Virus record (IMG/VR): IMGVR_UViG_3300044614_001341
Span: 50,608-114,607 of that record
From: a virus
Length of the DNA: 64,000 bases
Strand: one strand, 5' to 3'
This document shows positions 46,459-55,600 of the stretch, piece by piece. Under the pieces are notes generated by a model. The model was not told the origin of the DNA, did no database searches, and was given only the letters and a program-made list of their open reading frames with translations. Position numbers and translations under genes: made by a program. Numbering within the stretch: position 1 is the first letter of the stretch; every line of letters begins with the position of its first letter.

Positions 46459-47979
46459 TTAGTTACAGTTCCAACGACGAAGTGCTTTATTGATTCTTGA
46501 ATCTGGATCTCTTGCAGTTTTTGCTGAGGTAAGTTTATCCTTCATCCCAGACATACGACTACAAAAATTTGAACGACGATCTGCCCTTTTTCCTTTTGGG
46601 TTCTTTTCAGTGACTGCAGTTTGTAGTTTTGAACCTGGATTCTCGCGGCGATAAGCATTAACTGCTTTTTGACTTAAACCATCAGTCTTGTCTTGACGAT
46701 TGACTTTTTGCCAATCTTCCGATAATCCAAAATCTTCTCTCCAATTTGAATATTCTTCCGTCTTCATTTCACCACTATCGACATAATCTGCGGCAGCATC
46801 AATATAATCTGCTGCTTTAGTAATTTTTGATTGAACCCACGCTTCAATATTACCTTCACCCTTCATTTTTTTACGAAGTCTCTTTGCTGCCTTAATAATA
46901 GTAGAAAGTTCCGAACGAGCCATTGAATACTCATGGTCATATGACTCTGGGAAATTTCCAGGATGAACCGTAGCAATATTATACTTTAATTGATTGGTTG
47001 TAAGTGTCGATGGAATTGAGAACATATCCCAATACTTTGGTCCATACTTACACTCATCACGAGTTTCGTCTTTTTGACACTTGGGGCAGTATCTAATCAT
47101 TGTTTGCTCCTCTTTTACTGGTACGCAATTTGGGACAATTTTTTTACCTTTCTTTTTCATACCCTCTTGCTTATAACCATCCCAACAATCTTCCAATTTT
47201 GTGCCCCAGTTATCGGCACCAACTTTACGACATTTAACAAGTGCTCCAGATGCATATGCACTTGGCCAAACATCATATCTTGACTTTACCTTGTGGTAGC
47301 AAGCATCTTTTTTACCGCTACCTTTGCCTGGTTTGTCTTTGACTTCTTGTAAATGCATTTCTTCAGTTCTTACGTTTGTTGGTTTAGTGCCACCAGTTTT
47401 TTCTGGTTGATTTGGATCTAAACGATTTTTTCTTCTTCTTGCAGATTCTTCTTCGTCTTTAGATAACACCCTCTTCATTTTAGAACTTCCGCATTTTGGT
47501 GTAGAAGTTTGACCTGGTTGGCGAGCACAAGGTTTTCCTGCCCATTTACCACCTAATTGAACCCATCCTTTTTTATCATCAGAGGACTTTGATTTATTAA
47601 ACCAATCATGAAGACCTTCATCGCCAGATGTAGTTTCTTCTTTTACATCTTTAAATTTTTTATGATGCTTTTTAGCATCTGTTTCCATTTTTTTGAGGCG
47701 AGTATAATAATCTGGAATTTCGTCCAAATGTTGAAGGGCGATTTCTTTAGCAAGTTCATGATTTTTGGTATGCTCATGTTCAATAGGTTCCCCCATATCC
47801 AATTGCTTTTGGATGAAAGAAACATCCATACGATGCTTCTTAGCAATTTGCTCAACGGTTTTAAATGATTTCAATTGCTCTTTCAATTTCTCTTTACGAC
47901 CCTGGCAGTGAGCTTTTTGTGAAAATCCTTTTGGATTGTCGCAGTCAATAGATTTTTTATATTTGTCTGACCAACCCAT
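46459..47979 (-). CDS. Multi-module basic, Cys-pair-rich protein (candidate polyprotein)
   Basis: About 8 unrelated short modules joined by acidic xxE linkers; between gp16 and gp17. Confidence 0.75.
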   Translation of the reverse strand: MGWSDKYKKSIDCDNPKGFSQKAHCQGRKEKLKEQLKSFKTVEQIAKKHRMDVSFIQKQLDMGEPIEHEHTKNHELAKEIALQHLDEIPDYYTRLKKMETDAKKHHKKFKDVKEETTSGDEGLHDWFNKSKSSDDKKGWVQLGGKWAGKPCARQPGQTSTPKCGSSKMKRVLSKDEEESARRRKNRLDPNQPEKTGGTKPTNVRTEEMHLQEVKDKPGKGSGKKDACYHKVKSRYDVWPSAYASGALVKCRKVGADNWGTKLEDCWDGYKQEGMKKKGKKIVPNCVPVKEEQTMIRYCPKCQKDETRDECKYGPKYWDMFSIPSTLTTNQLKYNIATVHPGNFPESYDHEYSMARSELSTIIKAAKRLRKKMKGEGNIEAWVQSKITKAADYIDAAADYVDSGEMKTEEYSNWREDFGLSEDWQKVNRQDKTDGLSQKAVNAYRRENPGSKLQTAVTEKNPKGKRADRRSNFCSRMSGMKDKLTSAKTARDPDSRINKALRRWNCN

Positions 47980-47992
47980 TAGGAGATTAAAA

Positions 47993-48415
47993 TTACTCTT
48001 TATTATTTAGAAAACCTTGCTTGAGTAGTTTAGAAAGTTCGGATGTGGAACCAACAAATACGGCATTGTTGGTAACATTGTTTGTTGTTTTTGCAGTGTC
48101 CTCTTCAACATCCTTAAGTTTCTTTTGCAAATCAATAAGTTTATCTGTCACATCACCAACGCTTTTAATTAATTGACCAGCAACTTCATATGCTCTAGGC
48201 GAATCACTTTCGCCGGCAAGTTCCATAATTCCATTGATAGCTTCCTGACCCTTTTCTATCAAAGAATAAAGATTTGCACGGGTGTATTCATAGTCCTTTT
48301 TAATATCTTGACCTTGAATTGGTACGACTTCTAATTTATTTTCGGTCTTTTCTACCTCAACAATTTTACTTTCAATGTTGAGGGCATTATCTAGACCATC
48401 ATAATTATTTTTCAT
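47993..48415 (-). CDS. gp16: Terminase small subunit (gp16)
   Basis: DYEYTRANL...SPRAYEV...FVGSTSEL. Confidence 0.93.
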   Translation of the reverse strand: MKNNYDGLDNALNIESKIVEVEKTENKLEVVPIQGQDIKKDYEYTRANLYSLIEKGQEAINGIMELAGESDSPRAYEVAGQLIKSVGDVTDKLIDLQKKLKDVEEDTAKTTNNVTNNAVFVGSTSELSKLLKQGFLNNKE

Positions 48416-48421
48416 AAGATA

Positions 48422-49219
48422 TTAAATGTCAGTTTGTTGTGTAGGACTATAAGTCTTAGAGTCATCAAAAGATAACCACTCTTCATCAAACCCAAAATTA
48501 TCATCTGGTGCAGCATCATAAGGATCTGGTTGGGCAGTATATCTCATCTCTCTCTTTGCAGTTTGCCTATTTGTATCACTATACATATCAACTTGAACCT
48601 TACGGATCAGACCATCAGTTGTTTCTGCTACAGGTCCAAATAGATATGTTTTAACTGTAAAGTTAAAAGTGTAAATTAAAATTCTTCTTGTCGAAAAATC
48701 ACCCTCATAATCATCAACGAACGAAACATTATCTAATACAATAGGTATATCTCGTTTTTCACCAATAGAATCGATAAGATCGACTGTAAGATTGAATGAT
48801 GGTTGAAAATAAGGAAGGATTTGTTCTGTTACCTGCAAGGCATCATCTTGAAGTTTTGTCATCAAATTTAGTTGAAAACCTATATTATATGGTACAGGTA
48901 GAAAAACTTTTTTCAAATTAGAACCATCACAAGCTCTAAATGTTTGAGTTATATTTGCCTTTCTTGTTGGATCATACTGAATGGAGTTCATCTCAAATGA
49001 TAATCTAGGCAATGTCATTGCAATTGGTTTATTTAATTCTGGTTGTTGCTCTATCCTCGCAAGAAATTTTTGAATTGGACCATATGCCAATGGAACTTTC
49101 ATTTCATTGATACTATCACCACTTGAGTCTTTATGCCTGACATAAATGTCATTAAACAGTGTGCCAAAGGCAATCACTGTTCTTCTAATAATTTCGTGAT
49201 AGTAATAAGTTCCTAGCAT
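48422..49219 (-). CDS. gp15: Tail sheath stabiliser/completion protein (gp15)
   Basis: FGTLFN; VPLAYGP; LPRLSFE; EQILPYFQP. Confidence 0.95.
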   Translation of the reverse strand: MLGTYYYHEIIRRTVIAFGTLFNDIYVRHKDSSGDSINEMKVPLAYGPIQKFLARIEQQPELNKPIAMTLPRLSFEMNSIQYDPTRKANITQTFRACDGSNLKKVFLPVPYNIGFQLNLMTKLQDDALQVTEQILPYFQPSFNLTVDLIDSIGEKRDIPIVLDNVSFVDDYEGDFSTRRILIYTFNFTVKTYLFGPVAETTDGLIRKVQVDMYSDTNRQTAKREMRYTAQPDPYDAAPDDNFGFDEEWLSFDDSKTYSPTQQTDI

Positions 49220-50610
49220 TAAAATATACCAAATGGATTAGACTCTGAGAAATCTATAATGCCGTCAGCCGCATTTTCAATTTCTATATTTTCACTATAT
49301 TTATCATATTGATCCCAAGAATCAAAAGAACTGAGAGAATATATGGCACTAGATGCTGCACCAACAATAAGTTCACCACCATAAAAACCTTTTGTTGCTG
49401 CATTATCAACTAAAGAAACTTTGAGAATCTTGGTATCATAATCCCAAGATTTAACACGTGCCCTAGTTCCAGATTGAGAACCAACCACTTCTTCATTAAA
49501 TTGATATGTACCAATTCCAGATAAAATTGATGGTGCTGCAATTGTAACAGTTGGGGATACAGTATAACCAACACCAGAATTGATAATCCTAATTGAAGAA
49601 ATAGTTTGACCAGAACCAACTACAGCAAGTCCTATAGAGGTTTGACCAGTTCCAACTGAACCTGTAATGGTAACAGTTGGTGATGTAACGTATCCACTTC
49701 CAGGAGAAGTTACTGTAAACCTAGTAACTCCACTTCTAGAGGTTTCAATTGCACAAGTTACCGCTGCACCAGATCCTCCACCACCAACTATTGTAATTGT
49801 TGGGGCAACAGTGTATCCTGCACCGGCATTAATTAATACAATAGACTCAATTGAATAAACACCTGCTCTATTTGTTGTAATAGCAACTGCTGCAGCATTA
49901 GTTCCACCAGATGGTGCTGTTGAAATTGCAACAGTTGGTGACGAAGTGTAGTCGTAACCATCATTGTTTAAGTATATTTCTCTAATATAACCAGTATTAA
50001 TAAAAGCAGTTGCGGATGCTGTTGAACCAGTTCCAATCAATTGTAGAGTTGTAATGTATCCCTGATCTTCAATTTGAGTATCAATTTCTTGAATAGAAGT
50101 ATCAATAACTTCATCTTCATATTCAAATAATTCACACTTTAATTCATAAACATATAATTTTCCAAGTTGATAAAAGTTTACTTCATGTTCAACAAACTTA
50201 ACTTCAAATATTCTTTGACCCAAAGGAAAATATATTAAATCTCCTTCTCTCGGTCTAGATGAAAGAACAATTTCATTGTCATTTTCTCCTTCTAAAAATG
50301 GAGAGATGAAATCTTCAAACCTTTCTTTTGAAATGATTAAACTTAATTCATCTCTTAAACTCATTCCAAATTTTGTGAGAATATCTCCTTGCCCACCATA
50401 ACCATCAAAACTATTAACATATGCTTCAATAGCAAAATTATCATCAAATTTTGATGATTGTATTTCTTTAATAATAGTTTGCTTTCTTACAAATTTTCTT
50501 GGAATGTAGATGACATCTACACCATAAATTTTTAACTGTTCATTAATTAAATCTTGTATAAGTCTTTGTTCTCCTGGAGAACCTTGTAAGAAAAAGGGAT
50601 TGAGAGACAT
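49219..50610 (-). CDS. gp14: Neck protein (gp14) with an inserted GxGY repeat region
   Basis: YGVDVIYIPR; RPREGDLIYFP; FYQLGK; DFSESNPFG. Confidence 0.93.
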   Translation of the reverse strand: MSLNPFFLQGSPGEQRLIQDLINEQLKIYGVDVIYIPRKFVRKQTIIKEIQSSKFDDNFAIEAYVNSFDGYGGQGDILTKFGMSLRDELSLIISKERFEDFISPFLEGENDNEIVLSSRPREGDLIYFPLGQRIFEVKFVEHEVNFYQLGKLYVYELKCELFEYEDEVIDTSIQEIDTQIEDQGYITTLQLIGTGSTASATAFINTGYIREIYLNNDGYDYTSSPTVAISTAPSGGTNAAAVAITTNRAGVYSIESIVLINAGAGYTVAPTITIVGGGGSGAAVTCAIETSRSGVTRFTVTSPGSGYVTSPTVTITGSVGTGQTSIGLAVVGSGQTISSIRIINSGVGYTVSPTVTIAAPSILSGIGTYQFNEEVVGSQSGTRARVKSWDYDTKILKVSLVDNAATKGFYGGELIVGAASSAIYSLSSFDSWDQYDKYSENIEIENAADGIIDFSESNPFGIF

Positions 50611-50612
50611 TA

Positions 50613-51455
50613 CTAACCAATAAAATCGTAAGGGGGAAGTTCATAATCCATAGACATTCTTTGCCTTATACTTTCTAACTCTCTTTCAGCATCTTCATAT
50701 ATCTCTCTCCCATTTAATTCAATACCACCTGGCAATTTAACTCCCCTAAATTTAATTAAGTTTTGACCCCATTGACGCTTCATTATGGCAGTTAGATATT
50801 TCTTCAAGAAACTATCATTATATACTTTAGTAAAATCATTTGGATCTAAAATTCTATAGCAGTCTAGAATAATAAAAGTATCTTTTGCTTTTGCTTCCCA
50901 GTCAATATCTAGATACAATCTATTTTGCCTTTTATTAAACCTAATTTGCTTATCTGTAGAAAGTAAAAAATCAATATCTTCAAGATAAGTTTTTACCATT
51001 GCATATTGTAAAAGTTCTACAGAATTAAAATAGTATAAGTCATTTAAAAATAACTGATATTTAATACTCCACATACCAGCAGAAATTGAACTGGTATCAA
51101 ATTTAAAAACTTTTTCAATTCCTATAACACTATCTGGAACTTGAATAAAGTTTGAATTTTCGTAAAAATTAAATGTTGTGGTTCCAATTCCACTAATTGA
51201 TGCAGTTCCTGTAGTTGTAACAATTCCTACACCATTTGTTGGATTTGCCCTACCTCTATTTAAATCTGCCTCTGTGATCTTGTATTTTAAATACATTCTT
51301 TCAACACCGTCAAAATGACGCTCTTGAAAATATTGAAGAGCATCATCCACTAAATCGTCAATTTGATCATCATCAATATTAATTTCCAAGACTGGAGCAC
51401 CTAAACGTCTTAAACAATAATCAATTAGTTGCTGTCTACTTGCCGGTTTAGACAT
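50613..51455 (-). CDS. gp13: Neck protein (gp13)
   Basis: LRRLGAPVLEIN; HFDG; KRQWGQNL.KF.G..LPGG. Confidence 0.95.
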   Translation of the reverse strand: MSKPASRQQLIDYCLRRLGAPVLEINIDDDQIDDLVDDALQYFQERHFDGVERMYLKYKITEADLNRGRANPTNGVGIVTTTGTASISGIGTTTFNFYENSNFIQVPDSVIGIEKVFKFDTSSISAGMWSIKYQLFLNDLYYFNSVELLQYAMVKTYLEDIDFLLSTDKQIRFNKRQNRLYLDIDWEAKAKDTFIILDCYRILDPNDFTKVYNDSFLKKYLTAIMKRQWGQNLIKFRGVKLPGGIELNGREIYEDAERELESIRQRMSMDYELPPYDFIG

Positions 51456-51456
51456 T

Positions 51457-51906
51457 TTAATAAGTTCCTCCGTCTATTGCATTTGACCAAGCTGGAACTC
51501 CAGCATTATCTGTCGTCATTATATAGTTTGTATAATCAATTCCATTCTGAGGACTTGCAGTTGATACCATTAACCCTGAAGAATTAAAGTAAGGCAATCC
51601 ATTTGTATAATATGGACCATAATATAATCCACCAGAAATGGTAGCAATGCCGGTGATATTTCCATTTCTAGCAGTAAATTCATCAAATTTTAAATCATCG
51701 CCAATAATTAAATCACCATCAATGTAAACATCACTTTTAAATGTACTTACACCAACAAATGTGGATACACCACTGACTTGTAGTTGTGTAACAGAAGCAA
51801 TTCCTCCTATTACATTTACTGCGTCATTGAAAGCGCGTTCACCTGCTATACTCGAAATAACTTTTATAGAATTTTGTTGCCCAACTCTAATTTTAATATC
51901 TGACAT
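51457..51906 (-). CDS. Probable virion/tail-associated protein
   Basis: GGIASVTQL.VSGVSTF repeat type; IDGGTY C-terminus. Confidence 0.7.
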   Translation of the reverse strand: MSDIKIRVGQQNSIKVISSIAGERAFNDAVNVIGGIASVTQLQVSGVSTFVGVSTFKSDVYIDGDLIIGDDLKFDEFTARNGNITGIATISGGLYYGPYYTNGLPYFNSSGLMVSTASPQNGIDYTNYIMTTDNAGVPAWSNAIDGGTY

Positions 51907-52250
51907 TATCGGGTAACTCCCTCTGTTACGAGAACCATTCCCTCAACAACTCTAGTTTTACTGCCAGATAGGTCTGTGATTACAATATCGTATACGTATC
52001 TTCCTGCTTTTAAACTCGAAGTTTGTGTGGAAGTTAAACTTAATGTAATTTTTCCACTTGTATATGGACTTATGATTGTAGCAGTAAAACTTGTTGCAGA
52101 AGAACTTCCTGCCCATTTTCTCATTTGGGCTACAACTGTATATCCAGATAAATCTAAAGCAGAATTAGTATTTGCACCTTCTAAAATAAAAGTTTGATCA
52201 AAATCACTGCCAGCATTCACAACTAAGTTATTGACGTATACTGCTGCCAT
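51906..52250 (-). CDS. Ig/BppU-like small virion protein
   Basis: G.DF...LDLSGY...AQMRK...GRYVYDI...RVVEG. Confidence 0.75.
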   Translation of the reverse strand: MAAVYVNNLVVNAGSDFDQTFILEGANTNSALDLSGYTVVAQMRKWAGSSSATSFTATIISPYTSGKITLSLTSTQTSSLKAGRYVYDIVITDLSGSKTRVVEGMVLVTEGVTR

Positions 52251-52275
52251 CTATTTTTTAAGCTCTACTTTTTAT

Positions 52276-52452
52276 TTATACCTCAAGAGTGCCAAGGGAA
52301 CTCAAAACTTCTTGTTGCTTAAGATATAATTTACAATATAACTTCGAAAACTCTTTAAGTTCTTCGAAATTTAGTTCATCTATAACCCGAGAATGCTTTT
52401 CAAATTCAAACATTTTATCTATCGTTTCCAGTTGAATATCATTTGGTTCCAT
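52276..52452 (-). CDS. 58-aa helical protein, NblA-like candidate
   Basis: Hand-translated MEPNDIQLETIDKMFEFEKHSRVIDELNFEELKEFSKLYCKLYLKQQEVLSSLGTLEV; AAGGAG SD upstream; the ORF is solid, the function tentative. Confidence 0.6.
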   Translation of the reverse strand: MEPNDIQLETIDKMFEFEKHSRVIDELNFEELKEFSKLYCKLYLKQQEVLSSLGTLEV

Positions 52453-52642
52453 TTATAAACTCCTTAAGTAATAATTTAATTTCGTCAATATCTTTTTTTA
52501 TTTGTTCCATCTCACGTTTTTGAGAATCTCTATTGTATAAACTGTTCACATATTGATTATAGGAATAATTATCACAGTTTATAATTGCCCCCGATTGCTC
52601 ATCACGATATAAATTTGGGTGTCCTTTTACTGGTATCATCAT
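52439..52642 (-). CDS. Small conserved protein
   Basis: PVKGHPNLYRD..SGAIIN plus a coiled coil. Confidence 0.78.
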   Translation of the reverse strand: MMIPVKGHPNLYRDEQSGAIINCDNYSYNQYVNSLYNRDSQKREMEQIKKDIDEIKLLLKEFINGTK

Positions 52643-55600
52643 CTAATTGCAATACTTCTTAGATCTTTAAATCTTGGGGCATATGCCTGGTTAGTGCCAG
52701 ACATTACAATTTTAATTGTGTACCCTGTAAATTCGCCTAAATTGTTTGCAGTAAATTCATAATCTAAGAACTGATTTTCTAAACTTGCAGGAACAAATGT
52801 ATCTGGTAAACCGCTATTATTTGCAGAATTAATAACATCGGGATAACCGTCTTGATTTGCATCAATTGTGAGGTTATTATAACCTGGGAATAATACAAAT
52901 GCCTGCTCAACCTCACTTGAATCTGGTCTAATTAGACTATAAAGAACTCTAAAATCTGCTGATGAATGTCTATATGCGCTTATAATGACCTTAAGTGAAG
53001 TTGCCGATTGAGAAAGACGTACCGTATTTGAAACATATATTGCAGCATGTGGATCATCAATCAATGAATTTGCTCTGTTGTCAGTGATATAGTTTGAGAC
53101 AGGACTATTAAGTCTGCTACTAAGAAGTTGAACTGCAGAGTTCTTCCAGAAAATCATGGGCGAAAGATTATTATCTGTTGTAGATAAATTAACCTTTGCA
53201 ACAAAAGATTTAGATCTATTAGACAGTAGTACGCCTTCCAGATAAGTGTCTTCGTTAATGTTGGAACAAATAATTCTTGTTGAAGAAAGTTTATTAAGTA
53301 CTCCAATTTCCACATTTTCATAACCTTGATCTTGGAATGAAACTTCGGTTCCGTCTACACTTGTTCCACTTACACTTCTAATTTGTGCAGTAACTTCGGT
53401 TGCAGATCCAGGAACCAAACCAACAATTTCTGGGATAATGCTATCATACTGTATATTTTCTGTGGATTCAACTCCAGATCCTCCAGTAGCAATTTCAGCA
53501 TCAAAAGATAATTGTGGTGCTGATGAGAGACTTCCATCAGTACTTCTATTGATTGCATTTGAATCAAAGTTTGACCTATTGAACTCAATATAGTAACTAT
53601 CAATATCGTTTCCAGTATCACTAATGTCATGTGTGGTATTGATTCTTCTTAGAGAAACACCACTGAGTTCATACTTATAGACTAGAGTGCTTACAGGATG
53701 ATCTAAAACAAGAGTCGAATCTATTCCTCTGGTGATTGTTAATAACTGACCAGTTCCAACAGATTCATATTTAATAATTTCATTTTCTATTTTTATGTAT
53801 CCTGGGTTAGATCCGCTAACTGCAATACCTTCAAATGTTGTAAAGTTTGAGGTTGAAGCAACACTAATAGAAGTGTCTGTTGAAAGTAGAGGTAAAGAAA
53901 GTGTAGTTGGAATAATATTAGATTCTACATTATATAATGTAAGTTTATTGTTTGCTGCGTACATTCCATGATCAAAATGATTTACCTTCATAAAGTTACC
54001 AGCATAAATTCCACCAACTGGAGATGAAGTTCTAATAGTTGTGCTTGCAAGAGAGATTGCAGTTCCAGAGTCATTATAATAAACTAAAGTAGAAATCCCA
54101 ACGGTTGTAAATGATTCTGCCTGAGCATTTGAGATGTACAGGGTATCTAAACCAGTTATTGCAGTGATTGTAATTCTTGCATCACGACCTGCGGCAGGTG
54201 AAACATTGGCAGTCGTGATTCCAACCACATCTCCTACTGCATAACCATTTCCAACAGATGCAACTGTAGCGGCAGAAACAGCACCATTGGTTGCAGTAAT
54301 ATTGAGTCTCAAACCAGTTCCACTTCCAGTAATCGAATATGTTCCAACATTAGAAGTGGTTGTATAATTTGACCCACCAGTCGTAATACCTACAGTTGAT
54401 ACCGAACTTCCGGTGCCAACAATATAACCATAATTGTATGGTTTTGCTGCGTCTGCAATTTTTCTTCCAGTCGTTAAGATCCCAATCATTGCACTACTTG
54501 TTACAGTGCTTATACCAATTGCAAACTTTTTAGGTAAAGTTGTGACTGGATTGTTTGAAAGTGTTGGAACATACCCATTACTTTCGTTTAAAGTTGGATT
54601 TTGGAAGAATACACTTCCACTTGTTGCAGTAAAGTTTGCCTTGTAAAGTTTAAACTTGAGATCTTGATATTGATTCTCAGTCCAAATTGAACCATTTTGT
54701 GATTTGAAGAGACTACCAATTGCAAACTGTTTTGTGTATCTTACACTTTCAGCATCTGGAAGATTTGCAGTATTTACAGTCTTCTCACCCATCTCTGCGA
54801 TCCAAACCTCATATTGATCAGTTTGAGGGGCAAGAAGAACAATGGCATACTCTAGTCCAGGTGCAAGATAAATTGGATAGTCGAATGTTACTGTTGTTGC
54901 AACAGACGCATTAGTTGACGTTTGAATTTGATCTGGTTTTAGGGTAACAGGATTGCCAACAATTACTCTAGTAGGTGTTCCTAGTTCAACAGTTCTAACT
55001 TCTACCGTTAGTGGGGCATTATTTGGATCTTTACTTGCAAAGAATAAATCCACCGCAGTTAAGTATGCACCATTTGCATCATCATTTGGAGAATTGCCAT
55101 TAGTATCTTCAATATTTCCGCCAACAGAGAAAGATTGTGCTAAAGGATCAACGAAATAAATGGTTGTTGATGTTGTTGTAACTCTTTGTCTCTGTTCCCA
55201 AGTACCTTCTGCCTTATAAATCGTTTCTGCAGAACAAATAAGTTTGCTTCCTGGAAGTGGAGTCTGATTTGTTGAACTTGATGTTAATTTATAAACCTTA
55301 GAACCAGTGGCGATTCTAACTGGAGGTGTAGGATTTGTATTTGGATCTCTTAAGAAGAAAGAACCCTTCAAATCTCCATAGTTATCTGTAATTAATCTAA
55401 GGGTTTTAACATAAGCAACAGCACCACTAGTTTGTCCAACTAATTTCATTCCAGTAATAAGATAACCAGAATATAAACCTTGAGCTTCAGCGCAAAGGGA
55501 ATCAATATCAATATTGAGAACTTTAGAAGTTAAACTATATGAAGAGGGAATATTTTCGCTCTTATTGTATGGGTTAATATTATATGTTGTTGTTGGGGAA

